Shown: positions 19,304-28,969 of the stretch, one piece after another
How the letters are laid out: every line of letters begins with the position of its first letter
Numbering within the stretch: the stretch's first letter is position 1
Assembly (NCBI GenBank): GCA_964543385.1
Contig: CAZIYE010000001.1
Location: forward strand, 390,001-422,000
Direction: 5' to 3'
Length of the DNA: 32,000 bases
Origin: an uncultured Candidatus Saccharibacteria bacterium
GTDB lineage: Bacteria; Patescibacteriota; UBA1384; XYA2-FULL-43-10; 1-14-0-10-43-13
The notes under the pieces: generated by a model
The model's input: only the letters and a program-made list of their open reading frames with translations
The model's database searches: none
Told to the model about the DNA's origin: nothing
Made by a program: the position numbers and the translations under genes

Positions 19304-20233
19304 ATGGATTTTGGATCAATAATAATTGTAGTACTAGGCTTGTGTCTCTTCGAGGTTGTCTCGAGCATAGATAACGCAATAATAAATGCCGAAGTACTAT
19401 CAACGATGCAAGAAAAATATCGGAAATGGTTCCTTCTTTGGGGTATTATTTTTGCCGTCTTTCTTATCAGAGGCTTGCTCCCATGGATGATAGTTTGGTT
19501 TGCAACCCCTAGTCTTGGTTTCATTGGTTCCCTCACTGCAACATTTAGCAGCGACCCGAAAGTATTACATTCTATAGAAATGTCAGCTCCTATTTTGCTT
19601 GCCGGAGGTGGAACATTCCTAGTATTCTTATTTTTCCATTGGCTTTTTCTTGAGAGCAAAAACTTTGGTATTATTGGCGAAAAATTTTTCTATTCAAACG
19701 GCGTCTGGTTTTATGCCGTAGTTTCAATAATTTTAAGTGCTATAGTCTGCCTTGCGCTGCAGATGAATCCCCTGATGGCGTTTGGTGCGGTTATAGGGTC
19801 GACTGCCTTCTTCATCACTCACGGTTTCAAGCAAAATGCTGAGCAAAGTGAGCAAAAAATAATGAAAAGCGGCATGTCAGATATTAGCAAAATTCTGTAC
19901 TTAGAGGTTATAGATGCAACATTTTCAATTGACGGCGTTTTGGGCGCTTTTGCTTTCACCCTCTCTGTGCCTCTAATTCTAATTGGTAATGGAATCGGTG
20001 CTATAGTCGTAAGACAGCTGACCATGGGCAACATTCATAGAATAAAGAAATACGTTTTCCTAAAAAATGGTGCAATGTACTCAATATTATTCCTCGGAAG
20101 CATCATGCTTCTCGATAGTTTTGGTGTACACATAGCCAGCTGGGTATCGCCAGTCATCACATTTGGAGTAGTTGGATTCTTTTTCTTAAAATCCAAAAGA
20201 CACTTGGATAAAAATGGCTGTTTGGCCGTCTAG
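19304..20233 (+). CDS. DUF475 / TerC-related integral membrane protein
   Basis: 'VVLGLCLFEVVSSIDNAIINAEVLSTM...RKWFLLWGIIFAVFLIRGLLPWMIVW', 'LEVIDATFSIDGVLGAFAFT' twin acidic TM motifs. Confidence 0.85.
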   Translation: MDFGSIIIVVLGLCLFEVVSSIDNAIINAEVLSTMQEKYRKWFLLWGIIFAVFLIRGLLPWMIVWFATPSLGFIGSLTATFSSDPKVLHSIEMSAPILLAGGGTFLVFLFFHWLFLESKNFGIIGEKFFYSNGVWFYAVVSIILSAIVCLALQMNPLMAFGAVIGSTAFFITHGFKQNAEQSEQKIMKSGMSDISKILYLEVIDATFSIDGVLGAFAFTLSVPLILIGNGIGAIVVRQLTMGNIHRIKKYVFLKNGAMYSILFLGSIMLLDSFGVHIASWVSPVITFGVVGFFFLKSKRHLDKNGCLAV

Positions 20234-20339
20234 CTTACTTTTTGGATTTTACGGCCGGATAAGATAATTATTGCAATATCAAAACAAAGCAGTTAAAATA
20301 TACTTAACTAAAATATAAATATCTCAAAAGGAGGGATAT

Positions 20340-20969
20340 ATGGACTTTGGATGGAATAAACCTGCCAGTCAGGATCAAAATAATAGTACTCAAGTTACAA
20401 CAGATGATGCAAAAACTCCAGTAGTTGATGATACACCAGCTGCTACTCCTGCAGCAACGCCAGCTTCTTCGTGGGATTTACCTGGAGATAATAATAAACA
20501 AGACACTCAAGGCGGGATGACTTCCTCGGAGGAAGACTTAGACTTTTCGGCTAGTAAATCAGATGATTCTTTTGGCAACGATTTCACGGTCAACCCATCT
20601 ACTAATACGAAGCAGGTGGAGGATAATATACCAGAGGAAAAAGACGAAAAAGAAGCCTCCCCAGAAGATGATCAAGCAGAGACACCTTCTATAGAAAAGA
20701 CTGAAGAGGACCAAATAGAAGCGGTAAAAACAGAGATAGAGGAAAAATCAGAACCGACAGAAGATGATATTCAAAATGCGGCCCCAACAAATGGCGGCAA
20801 ATCTCTGACAGAGTTGGAGAATGATATATTGGGTCAAAAAAACAAAGTTGATAAAGATTTGGCTGATCTGCAAACAAAAGCTACCAAGCTCGAGGAGCTT
20901 CTCTCAAAGATTAGAAAAATGCAAGATGAGGAAAAGAATCTTATACAAGAAATATCAAGCGCCCTATAG
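20340..20969 (+). CDS. Acidic, low-complexity N-terminus plus coiled-coil C-terminus, hypothetical
   Basis: 209 aa, Asp/Glu/Thr/Pro rich then 'LENDILGQKNKVDKDLADLQTKATKLEELLSKIRKMQDEEKNLIQEI'. Confidence 0.65.
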   Translation: MDFGWNKPASQDQNNSTQVTTDDAKTPVVDDTPAATPAATPASSWDLPGDNNKQDTQGGMTSSEEDLDFSASKSDDSFGNDFTVNPSTNTKQVEDNIPEEKDEKEASPEDDQAETPSIEKTEEDQIEAVKTEIEEKSEPTEDDIQNAAPTNGGKSLTELENDILGQKNKVDKDLADLQTKATKLEELLSKIRKMQDEEKNLIQEISSAL

Positions 20970-20983
20970 TAAGTTGTTTCTAT

Positions 20984-21012
20984 AAAAAAGAGCTGATCAT
21001 CAGCTCTTTTTT
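20984..21012. terminator. Perfectly palindromic bidirectional terminator
   Basis: AAAAAAGAGCTGATCATCAGCTCTTTTTT between convergent genes. Confidence 0.85.
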
Positions 21013-21544
21013 ATATCGTTATTAGGTCCTTGATTTTATTGAAAATTAAATTACCTATCCCTTTTACCTCCTTGACCTGATCTATGGTTTTAAACCCGCT
21101 ATGACTTTGACGATATTCAACGATCTTTTTAGCATATGCCGGACCGATACCGGGCAGCGTATCAAGTTCCCCTTCAGACGCAGTATTGATATTTATTTTA
21201 CCAGGGATTTGTTTTACCACAGCTTTATGGGATTCTGGAGTAAAGTTGGTTATGCCCGCTACTTTTCCGCCATCATCACTAGATGATGATACCTCCTTAC
21301 TTTCAGAAATAAGCTTCTCAACTTCAACCGGCAAAGCAGACAAGTCTTCCTTTCTATCTTGCTCTAGAACAAAGAGCCTATTCTCGGCCAGACTCACTCT
21401 TTTTTTGATTTCAGGCATTAAGTAGTTTTCTCGCCAAAGTAAGAAAATCGAACTAGCTATAATTATGCAAAGTAATAATGAGCCAATCAAATACTTATAA
21501 TGTTCCACTATTGCACTAAAGTTATTAATTTTGGAATTTTCCAT
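21011..21544 (-). CDS. ComEA-like helix-hairpin-helix protein
   Basis: N-terminal TM; C-terminal 'KININTASEGELDTLPGIGPAYAKKIVEYRQSHSGFKTIDQVKEVKGIGNLIFNKIKDLI'. Confidence 0.9.
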   Translation of the reverse strand: MENSKINNFSAIVEHYKYLIGSLLLCIIIASSIFLLWRENYLMPEIKKRVSLAENRLFVLEQDRKEDLSALPVEVEKLISESKEVSSSSDDGGKVAGITNFTPESHKAVVKQIPGKININTASEGELDTLPGIGPAYAKKIVEYRQSHSGFKTIDQVKEVKGIGNLIFNKIKDLITI

Positions 21545-21567
21545 TTAAATAAAGTTTTATCTAGCTC

Positions 21568-23616
21568 TTATTCTAAGTGTTTATTTATCAAATATTGCTG
21601 GATTTTTTCTAAAAGTATAGGATAATTACTTATTCTTGGCGCAATTTCCTTAGCTGCCTCCGAAGCTTCTAGAACCAATATTCTATCAGAGATAGAAGCC
21701 ATTTTAAGGTCAAGCATACCGGACTGCTCTAGGCCAAAGATTGCCCCTGGACCACGCATCTCCAAATCAACTTCAGCCAGTTGAAATCCATCTGATATTT
21801 CTTCAAGACTTTTTAGACGCTCTAACGCCTTTTCACTCTTTGTATTAGAGAAAAGAAAACAAAATGATTGATAACTGCTTCTGCCTACTCTGCCACGAAA
21901 CTGATGTATCTGAGCCAAGCCAAATCTTTCAGCATCTTCTACTATCATAACTGAAGCATTTGGGATATCCACGCCGACCTCAATGACCGACGTGCTGACC
22001 AAAATGTCGGTCTTGCAATCAGAAAAATCCTCCATAACACTCTCCTTTTCCTTGGATTTCATCTTGCCATGTAACATGCTAATTTTGAATTCTGGAAAAA
22101 TGTTCTTTAATTTTTCGAACTCTACCTTAACAGATTTCTGCTCCTCTTCCCATAACTCGCTCTTGACAATTACCAATTCTGACTTGTCTTCTATCAGCGG
22201 ACAAACAACAAACACCTGCCTTCCAGTTTTTATCTGTTTACCAATAAAGTCATATGCCTTTTCGCGGTTCCATGATTCAACAAAACGAGTCTTTATCTCT
22301 CTTCTATCCGTTGGCTTATCCCGAATAATAGAGACATCAAGATCTCCAAATAGTGCCAAATGGAGAGTTCGCGGAATAGGCGTCGCGGTCATGCTAAGAA
22401 AATGAGGTCTCATTTCAACTGATTGTTCATTGGATATCGAAAGTTGCTGCAAAGACTGCCTTTGTCTGACTCCAAAACGATGTTGTTCATCAACTATTAC
22501 TAATCCTAGGTTATCAATTTTGTCTAAATTTAATAATGCGTGAGTTCCTATAAGAATCGGCGCGCTATGATTTTCCTTCTTCGAAGACGTAACAACCCCG
22601 ATATTTTCATCACTAAATAATTTTTTAAAAACTTCATAATGTTGATTTGCTAGAATTTCAGTCGGAGCCATTAATATTGTTTTATAACCAGCTTTCTTCA
22701 CGACAGATGCTGCGATCGCTGCCACTATCGTTTTACCACTGCCGACATCGCCGTTTAACAAACGGTTCATCGGCATTGCCATCTCTAAATCTTGCACGAT
22801 TTGCCAAAGTGCCTTCTTTTGATCTCCTGTCAGTTGAAATGGCAGATTGCCAATAAAATCTTTTAAATCATCAAGACTAACTAAAACTGGCGGCGCCTTC
22901 TTTTCCGCAATCTCCAGTTTGGCAATATTAGCCTTTAATGAAATGGCAAATAGCTCATCAAAGGCTAAACGTCTCCGTGCCTCCTGAAGTCTCGAAGCGC
23001 TGTTTGGTTCGTGAATGTTGGAAATTGCTTCTTGAATTGAGATTAATTTATGCTTATCTAGCACTTCTTTCGGCAACCATTCAGAGATTTCTTCTGTGTA
23101 TTGTTTTACTTTTGAATAAACCTTCGCAATGAAAAAGCTGGTCATCCCGGCTGTTTCGGAATAAACTGGAACAATTTTAGCTGAGTTTGATCTTGTTGGT
23201 GACTCCATCGTGTACAATTTAGAGAAGCTATCAAATTTTACCGGCCCGTTCAGAGTCAGTTTACTACCGTTTCCTAGCATCTTGGCCAAATATGGCTGGT
23301 TAAACCATATTACTTTTAGCGATCCGGTATCATCAGCAACAACCGCTTCTGTGACTGTAAAACCTCTTCTGCGCGTCTTTTTATTAGCGATACCCAAAAG
23401 AGTCCCTTTTATCGTAAATACTTCCTTATTTTGGTTCTGACCAACTTTGTTACCTAGATCATTAATCTGAGTTACTGTTGTATAATCCTCATACTTTCTT
23501 GGAAAATAAAAAAACAGGTCATGAGGACATTCAAGACCTAATTTCTTCAATTTCAAAAAACTCTTCTCACCGATACCAAGCGCTTCTATATCTATAAATT
23601 TTTTATACAAATTCAT
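21568..23616 (-). CDS. recG: ATP-dependent DNA helicase RecG
   Basis: 'PFQLTGDQKKALWQIVQDL...MNRLLNGDVGSGKTIVAAIAA', 'DEQHRFGVRQR', 'MTATPIPRTLHLALFGDLDVSII', 'QFRGRVGRS'. Confidence 0.98.
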   Translation of the reverse strand: MNLYKKFIDIEALGIGEKSFLKLKKLGLECPHDLFFYFPRKYEDYTTVTQINDLGNKVGQNQNKEVFTIKGTLLGIANKKTRRRGFTVTEAVVADDTGSLKVIWFNQPYLAKMLGNGSKLTLNGPVKFDSFSKLYTMESPTRSNSAKIVPVYSETAGMTSFFIAKVYSKVKQYTEEISEWLPKEVLDKHKLISIQEAISNIHEPNSASRLQEARRRLAFDELFAISLKANIAKLEIAEKKAPPVLVSLDDLKDFIGNLPFQLTGDQKKALWQIVQDLEMAMPMNRLLNGDVGSGKTIVAAIAASVVKKAGYKTILMAPTEILANQHYEVFKKLFSDENIGVVTSSKKENHSAPILIGTHALLNLDKIDNLGLVIVDEQHRFGVRQRQSLQQLSISNEQSVEMRPHFLSMTATPIPRTLHLALFGDLDVSIIRDKPTDRREIKTRFVESWNREKAYDFIGKQIKTGRQVFVVCPLIEDKSELVIVKSELWEEEQKSVKVEFEKLKNIFPEFKISMLHGKMKSKEKESVMEDFSDCKTDILVSTSVIEVGVDIPNASVMIVEDAERFGLAQIHQFRGRVGRSSYQSFCFLFSNTKSEKALERLKSLEEISDGFQLAEVDLEMRGPGAIFGLEQSGMLDLKMASISDRILVLEASEAAKEIAPRISNYPILLEKIQQYLINKHLE

Positions 23617-23634
23617 TAGCCAGAAAATTGATAG

Positions 23635-23844
23635 TTATCTTTTCATCGTTATTGATGCAGATGCTACCATTATAACTCCCAAAACAAGAAAAGCACCACC
23701 AATCCATAACAGAATACGGAATATGTCTGCACTTGGATCGACGTAAGTACTGTCAGCACCAACGCTACCAACACCCAACGATGTTGCGACAGCAATAATA
23801 CCGAACAGAAAAGCGAAGAAACCAAACGTAAATACTTTTTTCAT
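23635..23844 (-). CDS. Small hypothetical two-TM protein (69 aa)
   Basis: Hydrophobic ORF between recG and macB-like genes, same strand. Confidence 0.5.
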   Translation of the reverse strand: MKKVFTFGFFAFLFGIIAVATSLGVGSVGADSTYVDPSADIFRILLWIGGAFLVLGVIMVASASITMKR

Positions 23845-23853
23845 AATTTTCTC

Positions 23854-25806
23854 CTATTCATATCTTAAGGCTTCTAACGGCGATAATTTGGCTGCTCTTC
23901 TTGCGGGGTATAAGCCAGCCAAAAGCGAAACTAATACAGTTAAGACTACCATCTCGATGGCGAAAAAGGTAGGGGTTATAAATATTTGCATTGATCCCGG
24001 AATGTCGCTCATTTTCATCAATAGATTTACTATGAAATTTACAAATTCTCCAAAGAAATAAGTAGAAAGAACTCCGGCAAGTGAACCATAAAGCCCAAAC
24101 ATAATCACTTCATATTCAAAAATACGTTTTATATCGATATTTGTTGCTCCGATAGCCTTCATTATTCCAACTTCGTGTGTTCTCTCCAGCAGAGATATAG
24201 TCATGATGTTTACTATACCAATAAGTGCAACTATCAAGGCGACACCACCAATTACTCCAAGAACAATTTGCATGATAAGAAATACTTTGTCAACTTGCTT
24301 TATAAGATCAATAACTGAAGATGTTGTAAAACCAGCTCTTTCGATATTATCCCTGACTGATTCAACCTTAGATCGATCTGACGCTTTAACCTTGACGCTA
24401 TTATATTTGCCTACTCCTGTTATTTTTTTCGCCGATTCCAGAGATATGATAGCCGTACTTAGTAATTCATCACCATAAACACCAACAATTTTTTCATCCA
24501 ATTCAACACTTTTTAGATCAGATATTTTACCAGATTCCTCCGAGACAACAAGCATTGTTAATTTGATGTTCTTACCTACTGCAGTTGAAGGATCTTTTAT
24601 ATCAAAATTCTTTAAAAGACCTTTAGATACTACCACTCCTGACTTGTCAGTAAATTTACTACCAGAGATTAAAATAACTCCTTCAAACTCTAGCGCATTA
24701 GGAGCAATCCCCTGCACAATTATCTGAGAGTTAGAGCTGTCTATGTTCGCCTTAGAGGCAACAGTTACAGATGGACTTACAATAGCAACATTTGATATTT
24801 TTTTAAGTTTATCTACTGCTTTATCATCAAGGTTTTCTATCGAATTCTTGCTCAAAGATACATTAATAGTCACCAATGCATCGAGAGAAGCCAGCTGGCT
24901 TGAAGTTATTTTCTGAAGACCAACCCCAAGAGAAACCAACGTAACTATTGATCCGACGCCCATTGCAACACCAAGAGTTGTTAAAAAACTCCTCAGTTTA
25001 TTGCTAAAAAAATGAATTCTAGAAAAACGAAGGGTTTCTAGAATCTTCATTGATCCTTTTTTATTGGAAACATAGTATTTAGGAGTCTTGCTGTCTTCAG
25101 AATAGGAGGTGCTTTTATTATTACTATCAACCCTTACCATCTCGCCATCACGCATATATAATATTCTGTCGCCAAATTTAAGAAAATCAGGATTATGAGT
25201 GACTAGAACAATCGTCCTACCCCACTTCTTATTGATCTTGCATATTAGATCCATTATCTCATTCCCTGTCGGTATATCTAGATTTCCAGTAGGTTCGTCA
25301 ATCAGGAGAATCCCTGGATTTGCCGACAATGATCTAGCAATTGCAATTCGTTGTTGTTGCCCTCCGGACATCTCCGAGGGCCTATGGTCTGCTCTATCAC
25401 CAAGTCCAACAACAGCAAGAAGCTCTTCTGCTCTGGCATGAGCCTCTTTTCTATTAACTCCAGACAAGATCAAAGGCATTGCTACATTGTCTCGCGCAGA
25501 AAGTGTCGGAACAAGATTAAATTGCTGAAATACCATACCGACCCTAGTTCGGCGATATTCAGATAACTTGTTCTCTTTTAGATCAAATATATTAGTCCCC
25601 TTATAGAGAACTTTACCCAATGAAGGATAATCCAAACCGCCCAGAAGACTTAAAAGTGTGCTCTTGCCACAACCAGATGGCCCAAAAACAACCACAAATT
25701 CACCAGCATTTATGTCAAAAGTAGCACCTTTAAGTGCCTGTACCTCGTTTTCTCCAACGAAAAACGACTTCTGTAGATTATCAACTCTGATTACAGGCTC
25801 TTTCAT
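23854..25806 (-). CDS. MacB-like ABC transporter (ATPase fused to FtsX-type permease)
   Basis: 'GPSGCGKSTLLSLLGGLD', 'MSGGQQQRIAIARSL', then 'RFSRIHFFSNKLRSFLTTLGVAMGVGSIVTLVSLG' and C-terminal 'LVSLLAGLYPARRAAKLSPLEALRYE'. Confidence 0.95.
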   Translation of the reverse strand: MKEPVIRVDNLQKSFFVGENEVQALKGATFDINAGEFVVVFGPSGCGKSTLLSLLGGLDYPSLGKVLYKGTNIFDLKENKLSEYRRTRVGMVFQQFNLVPTLSARDNVAMPLILSGVNRKEAHARAEELLAVVGLGDRADHRPSEMSGGQQQRIAIARSLSANPGILLIDEPTGNLDIPTGNEIMDLICKINKKWGRTIVLVTHNPDFLKFGDRILYMRDGEMVRVDSNNKSTSYSEDSKTPKYYVSNKKGSMKILETLRFSRIHFFSNKLRSFLTTLGVAMGVGSIVTLVSLGVGLQKITSSQLASLDALVTINVSLSKNSIENLDDKAVDKLKKISNVAIVSPSVTVASKANIDSSNSQIIVQGIAPNALEFEGVILISGSKFTDKSGVVVSKGLLKNFDIKDPSTAVGKNIKLTMLVVSEESGKISDLKSVELDEKIVGVYGDELLSTAIISLESAKKITGVGKYNSVKVKASDRSKVESVRDNIERAGFTTSSVIDLIKQVDKVFLIMQIVLGVIGGVALIVALIGIVNIMTISLLERTHEVGIMKAIGATNIDIKRIFEYEVIMFGLYGSLAGVLSTYFFGEFVNFIVNLLMKMSDIPGSMQIFITPTFFAIEMVVLTVLVSLLAGLYPARRAAKLSPLEALRYE

Positions 25807-26075
25807 CTTTTCTCTATCTCTTCCTCTAATTCCTCTACCTCGCGCTCCACCTCCAACAACTTAGTCATTGACTCAAACGCAGTGATAGTTAGCAACACGG
25901 TGATCACAGAAATTGTAATGAATACTCCTGCTACGATTGCCTTCTTTTGAAATGAAGATTCTGGATAATAGAAGAATAGTACGATGCCCAATACTAGTAA
26001 AAAGATAGCGACGATTATCCCAACCAACAAGAGTAGATAAGAACCCATTTTGATCAATTTTTTGTTGTTTGCCAT
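25803..26075 (-). CDS. Small two-TM plus coiled-coil protein, overlaps the macB-like start
   Basis: 90 aa; C-terminal 'MTKLLEVEREVEELEEEIEKR'; 4-nt overlap with the next gene suggests operon coupling. Confidence 0.6.
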   Translation of the reverse strand: MANNKKLIKMGSYLLLLVGIIVAIFLLVLGIVLFFYYPESSFQKKAIVAGVFITISVITVLLTITAFESMTKLLEVEREVEELEEEIEKR

Positions 26076-26250
26076 TTTAAAAATTTAGATTAGATAATAG
26101 CCAAAAAGGTGCCAACGACAAATCATTGCACACATAAGAATATAAAGCCTAGTACAGTCATACCCCTCGCTTTCCACAGTATTTATAGCTTGATCCAAGC
26201 TACCGTTTATCTATAAATAAATTATAACAATTGGAAAGCAATTATACAAA

Positions 26251-27405
26251 CTAATCAACTCTGTCGATTATGCCGCCGCCGACAACTTCATCGCCATGAT
26301 AGAAGACAGCACTTTGCCCGGGAGTGACGGCTCTTTGTGATACATCCAGAATGACCTTGAACTTTCCTTCCTGAATCTCATTGATTTGGCAGGTGACCTC
26401 TCTGGCCTTATACCGAATTCTAACCTTTAAATCTCCATAGTCTGATCTGGGACCAGTCCAATATGTATTTACAATTTCAAACTCTTTTTTATATAGATCT
26501 TCATCAGCGCCGACAATTAGCTCATTTTTGCGTAAATCAAATCCAATAGCATAAAGAGGCTTCTTATTTTCACCTTTATTCATAATTTTTAATTCTTGAT
26601 TGACATCCTTACGTTGGCCGATTGTGTAGTTAACCAACCCGTTATGAATACCTACTGTAAAACCACTCTTGTCAACAATTTTACCGGATTTAAAATATGA
26701 CTCGTCTAGATGTCTTTTTAGAAATTCACGATAATCATTCCCTGCTACAAAACAAATTTCTTGGCTATCTTTTTTCTTATAAGTAAGCAGACCTTCTTTC
26801 TCTGCAATTGCCCTAGTGTCTTCCTTGCTCATTTCTGAAAGTGGAAATACAACTTTAGAGAGTTTATCCTGACCAAGCTGATACAGAAAATAAGATTGAT
26901 CCTTAGCTTTATCAAAGCCCTTAGAGAGATGATAAAATTCTTCATCATCTTGGGTTATTTTTGCATAATGTCCAGTCGCAAGCTTATCGCATCCAACTTT
27001 TTCCGCAAAATCTAAAAGCCATCCAAACTTTATTTTTTGATTGCATAGAATGCATGGATTTGGGGTTCTTAGGTTTTTATATTCATCAATAAAATAATCA
27101 ACGATCTCTTTTTTAAACACCTTCCGAGCGTCTACTACATAAAACGTTATTCCTAATTGAGTAGCAACTTTGCGTGCATCCATCAAGGCTCGTTCATCGC
27201 AGCAAGCATTCTCCGATGTACCGCAAGGATCGTGCCAAAGCTTCATAAAAAAGCCGACAACATCATATCCTTGTTGTTTTAGAAGCAACGCTGAAACAGA
27301 GGAATCAACTCCTCCGGACATGCCCACCGCAACTTTTATTTTCGATTTGTCCAATATAATTCCATTCTGATATAGAACTTGATGATACCCTTGATCTGTT
27401 ACCAA
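26251..27405 (-). CDS. mnmA: tRNA-specific 2-thiouridylase
   Basis: 'KVAVGMSGGVDSSVSALLLKQQGYDVVGFFMKLW', 'TPNPCILCNQKIKF', 'CGTLATGHYA'-type 'CDKLATGHYAKI', 'TVGQRK'-like 'TIGQRKD'. The exact start may be internal. Confidence 0.97.
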   Translation of the reverse strand: MVTDQGYHQVLYQNGIILDKSKIKVAVGMSGGVDSSVSALLLKQQGYDVVGFFMKLWHDPCGTSENACCDERALMDARKVATQLGITFYVVDARKVFKKEIVDYFIDEYKNLRTPNPCILCNQKIKFGWLLDFAEKVGCDKLATGHYAKITQDDEEFYHLSKGFDKAKDQSYFLYQLGQDKLSKVVFPLSEMSKEDTRAIAEKEGLLTYKKKDSQEICFVAGNDYREFLKRHLDESYFKSGKIVDKSGFTVGIHNGLVNYTIGQRKDVNQELKIMNKGENKKPLYAIGFDLRKNELIVGADEDLYKKEFEIVNTYWTGPRSDYGDLKVRIRYKAREVTCQINEIQEGKFKVILDVSQRAVTPGQSAVFYHGDEVVGGGIIDRVD

Positions 27406-27419
27406 ATAAATGGTATAAA
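27391..27419 (+). promoter_or_regulatory. Predicted sigma70-like promoter for cassette 3
   Basis: TTGATC (27391-27396), 17-nt spacer, TATAAA (27414-27419). Confidence 0.45.
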
Positions 27420-27434
27420 TATGCTTATCATTTT

Positions 27435-27459
27435 CGATATCCTAACGGATATCGTTTTT
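27435..27459 (+). terminator. Perfect 8-bp stem, 4-nt loop, T5: leader terminator/attenuator-like hairpin
   Basis: CGATATCC-TAAC-GGATATCG-TTTTT upstream of the small ORF. Confidence 0.75.
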
Positions 27460-27486
27460 GGTAAAACCCCTATTGGAGGATGTTCG

Positions 27487-27654
27487 ATGATTAACCCCTG
27501 CCTGCGCGCCCAATTGCGGCGCGACGTCGCCCGTCGCTGGAAGGCGACCACGGAAGCACTCCGTAACTCTGAATGCCAGAACTGCGTTCTCGCAGACAGC
27601 GGATCGTGCGCTCCGGCCAACTGTCCGGGCCATCAGGCCCAATCGCGGCACTAG
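27487..27654 (+). CDS. Small Cys-rich protein, 55 aa, unknown function (GC-rich cassette 3)
   Basis: RBS TTGGAGG then ATG; MINPCLRAQLRRDVARRWKATTEALRNSECQNCVLADSGSCAPANCPGHQAQSRH with CX2C-X7-CX4C; flanked by a strong terminator. Confidence 0.62.
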   Translation: MINPCLRAQLRRDVARRWKATTEALRNSECQNCVLADSGSCAPANCPGHQAQSRH

Positions 27655-27666
27655 CCGCACTGCGTC

Positions 27667-27700
27667 CCGCCACTCCCCTCAAAGGAGTGGCGGTTCTTTT
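27667..27700 (+). terminator. Intrinsic terminator of cassette 3
   Basis: CCGCCACTCC-CCTCAAA-GGAGTGGCGG-TTCTTTTT, 10-bp perfect stem. Confidence 0.9.
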
Positions 27701-28506
27701 TATCCAACAACATTTTTAAACAACATTGCAATAGTTACTGGTCCTATCCCACCAGGGACAGGAGTATAATAACGTGACTTTTCGTAAGCTTCTGGATCAA
27801 TATCGCCAATAAAATCACCATTTTCCTCTGCCGTTCCAGCGTCGATTAGAACAACGCCGTCTTTGACCATATTTTCTTTTATTAATTTTGGGCTACCCGT
27901 AGCAGAAATTATAATGTCAGCATCCTTGATTGTTTCTACAAGATCATTCTTGCCTTTGTTGACCACCCTTAGATCAGCTTCTTTAAAATCCTCAATCAGA
28001 CATTTCTGAAGTGGTGAGCCGACAAGAAAACCAAGACCTACTTGAGCAATCTTAGTTTTTTCATTTATTCTGGCTCCAGAACGTTTTATAGCTTCAAGAA
28101 TTGCTAAAACGACCGGCGGTTTAAATTTAGAGTCCAACCCTGCACAGAAGCGAAGACCGTCAATGTCCTTGTCAGGACTGATTTTTGCAATCAGCTTTTC
28201 TCGGCTGAAAACTTTAGGAAGAGGAATTTGGATCATAATACCATCAGTCTCTGGATCATTATTCAAATAGTTTATAGCTTCAATAATTTCTTCCTCTGAA
28301 TCCTTCTCACCAAATGTATATAGGCAAAACTGGATACCAGTTTTCTCAGCCATTTTCTTTTTTAGCTCAACATACTGACGACAAATAGGATTATCTCCAA
28401 TCAAAAAAACAGCCATTGTTGGCTTTCTCTTCATCGTTACTATTTTATTTGCAAGATCACTCAAGATTTCGTCTCGGATCTTTTTACCATCAAAATAATT
28501 TTCCAT
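27700..28506 (-). CDS. folD: Bifunctional methylenetetrahydrofolate dehydrogenase/cyclohydrolase
   Basis: 'YVELKKKMAEKTGIQF', 'GIMIQIPLPKVFSREKLIAKISPDKDIDGL', 'GGIGPVTIAMLFKN'. Start taken as MENYFDGKKIRDEIL. Confidence 0.95.
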   Translation of the reverse strand: MENYFDGKKIRDEILSDLANKIVTMKRKPTMAVFLIGDNPICRQYVELKKKMAEKTGIQFCLYTFGEKDSEEEIIEAINYLNNDPETDGIMIQIPLPKVFSREKLIAKISPDKDIDGLRFCAGLDSKFKPPVVLAILEAIKRSGARINEKTKIAQVGLGFLVGSPLQKCLIEDFKEADLRVVNKGKNDLVETIKDADIIISATGSPKLIKENMVKDGVVLIDAGTAEENGDFIGDIDPEAYEKSRYYTPVPGGIGPVTIAMLFKNVVG

Positions 28507-28554
28507 ACGAACTATATTAGCAGAAAACACTCGACTTGTCATCAGTATTAGCAG

Positions 28555-28947
28555 CTATTTATTTTTCTTGCCTTCATAATCAGCGATAGCCTTTTGCAGA
28601 GCTTCAGCCGAAAGAATCGAACAGTGATATTTTTGTTTCGGCAAAATACCAAGAGCTTTATTGATGTCATCTCTAGTCATTTTCTTGACTTCCTTAATAG
28701 TCGCTCCTTTAGCAAGCTCTGTCATCATACTCGAAGCAGCAATAGCTGCTGCACAACCAAGCGTCTTGAACTTAACATCCTCGATATAATCAATGCCGGC
28801 CTCATTCTTGGCTACCTTAATATAAACATGCATAATATCACCACACTTCATATTTCCAACTTGACCGACACCATCAGCATTCTCAATCTCCCCCACATTG
28901 CGTGGATTATAGAAATGATCTAATGCTTCTTTTGTATACTCTTCCAT
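28555..28947 (-). CDS. iscU: Iron-sulfur cluster scaffold, IscU/NifU-like
   Basis: 'FYNPRNVGEIENADGVGQVGNMKCGDIMHVYIKV', 'KTLGCAAAIAASSM', 'KYHCSILSAEAL' with three conserved Cys. Confidence 0.93.
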   Translation of the reverse strand: MEEYTKEALDHFYNPRNVGEIENADGVGQVGNMKCGDIMHVYIKVAKNEAGIDYIEDVKFKTLGCAAAIAASSMMTELAKGATIKEVKKMTRDDINKALGILPKQKYHCSILSAEALQKAIADYEGKKNK

Positions 28948-28969
28948 ATATATCCTTGAATTATAGCCT

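Noticed and set aside
19231-19659. 142-aa minus-strand ORF antisense to the DUF475 gene
   Set aside because: Shadow ORF of a clear DUF475 coding sequence; no coherent protein features.
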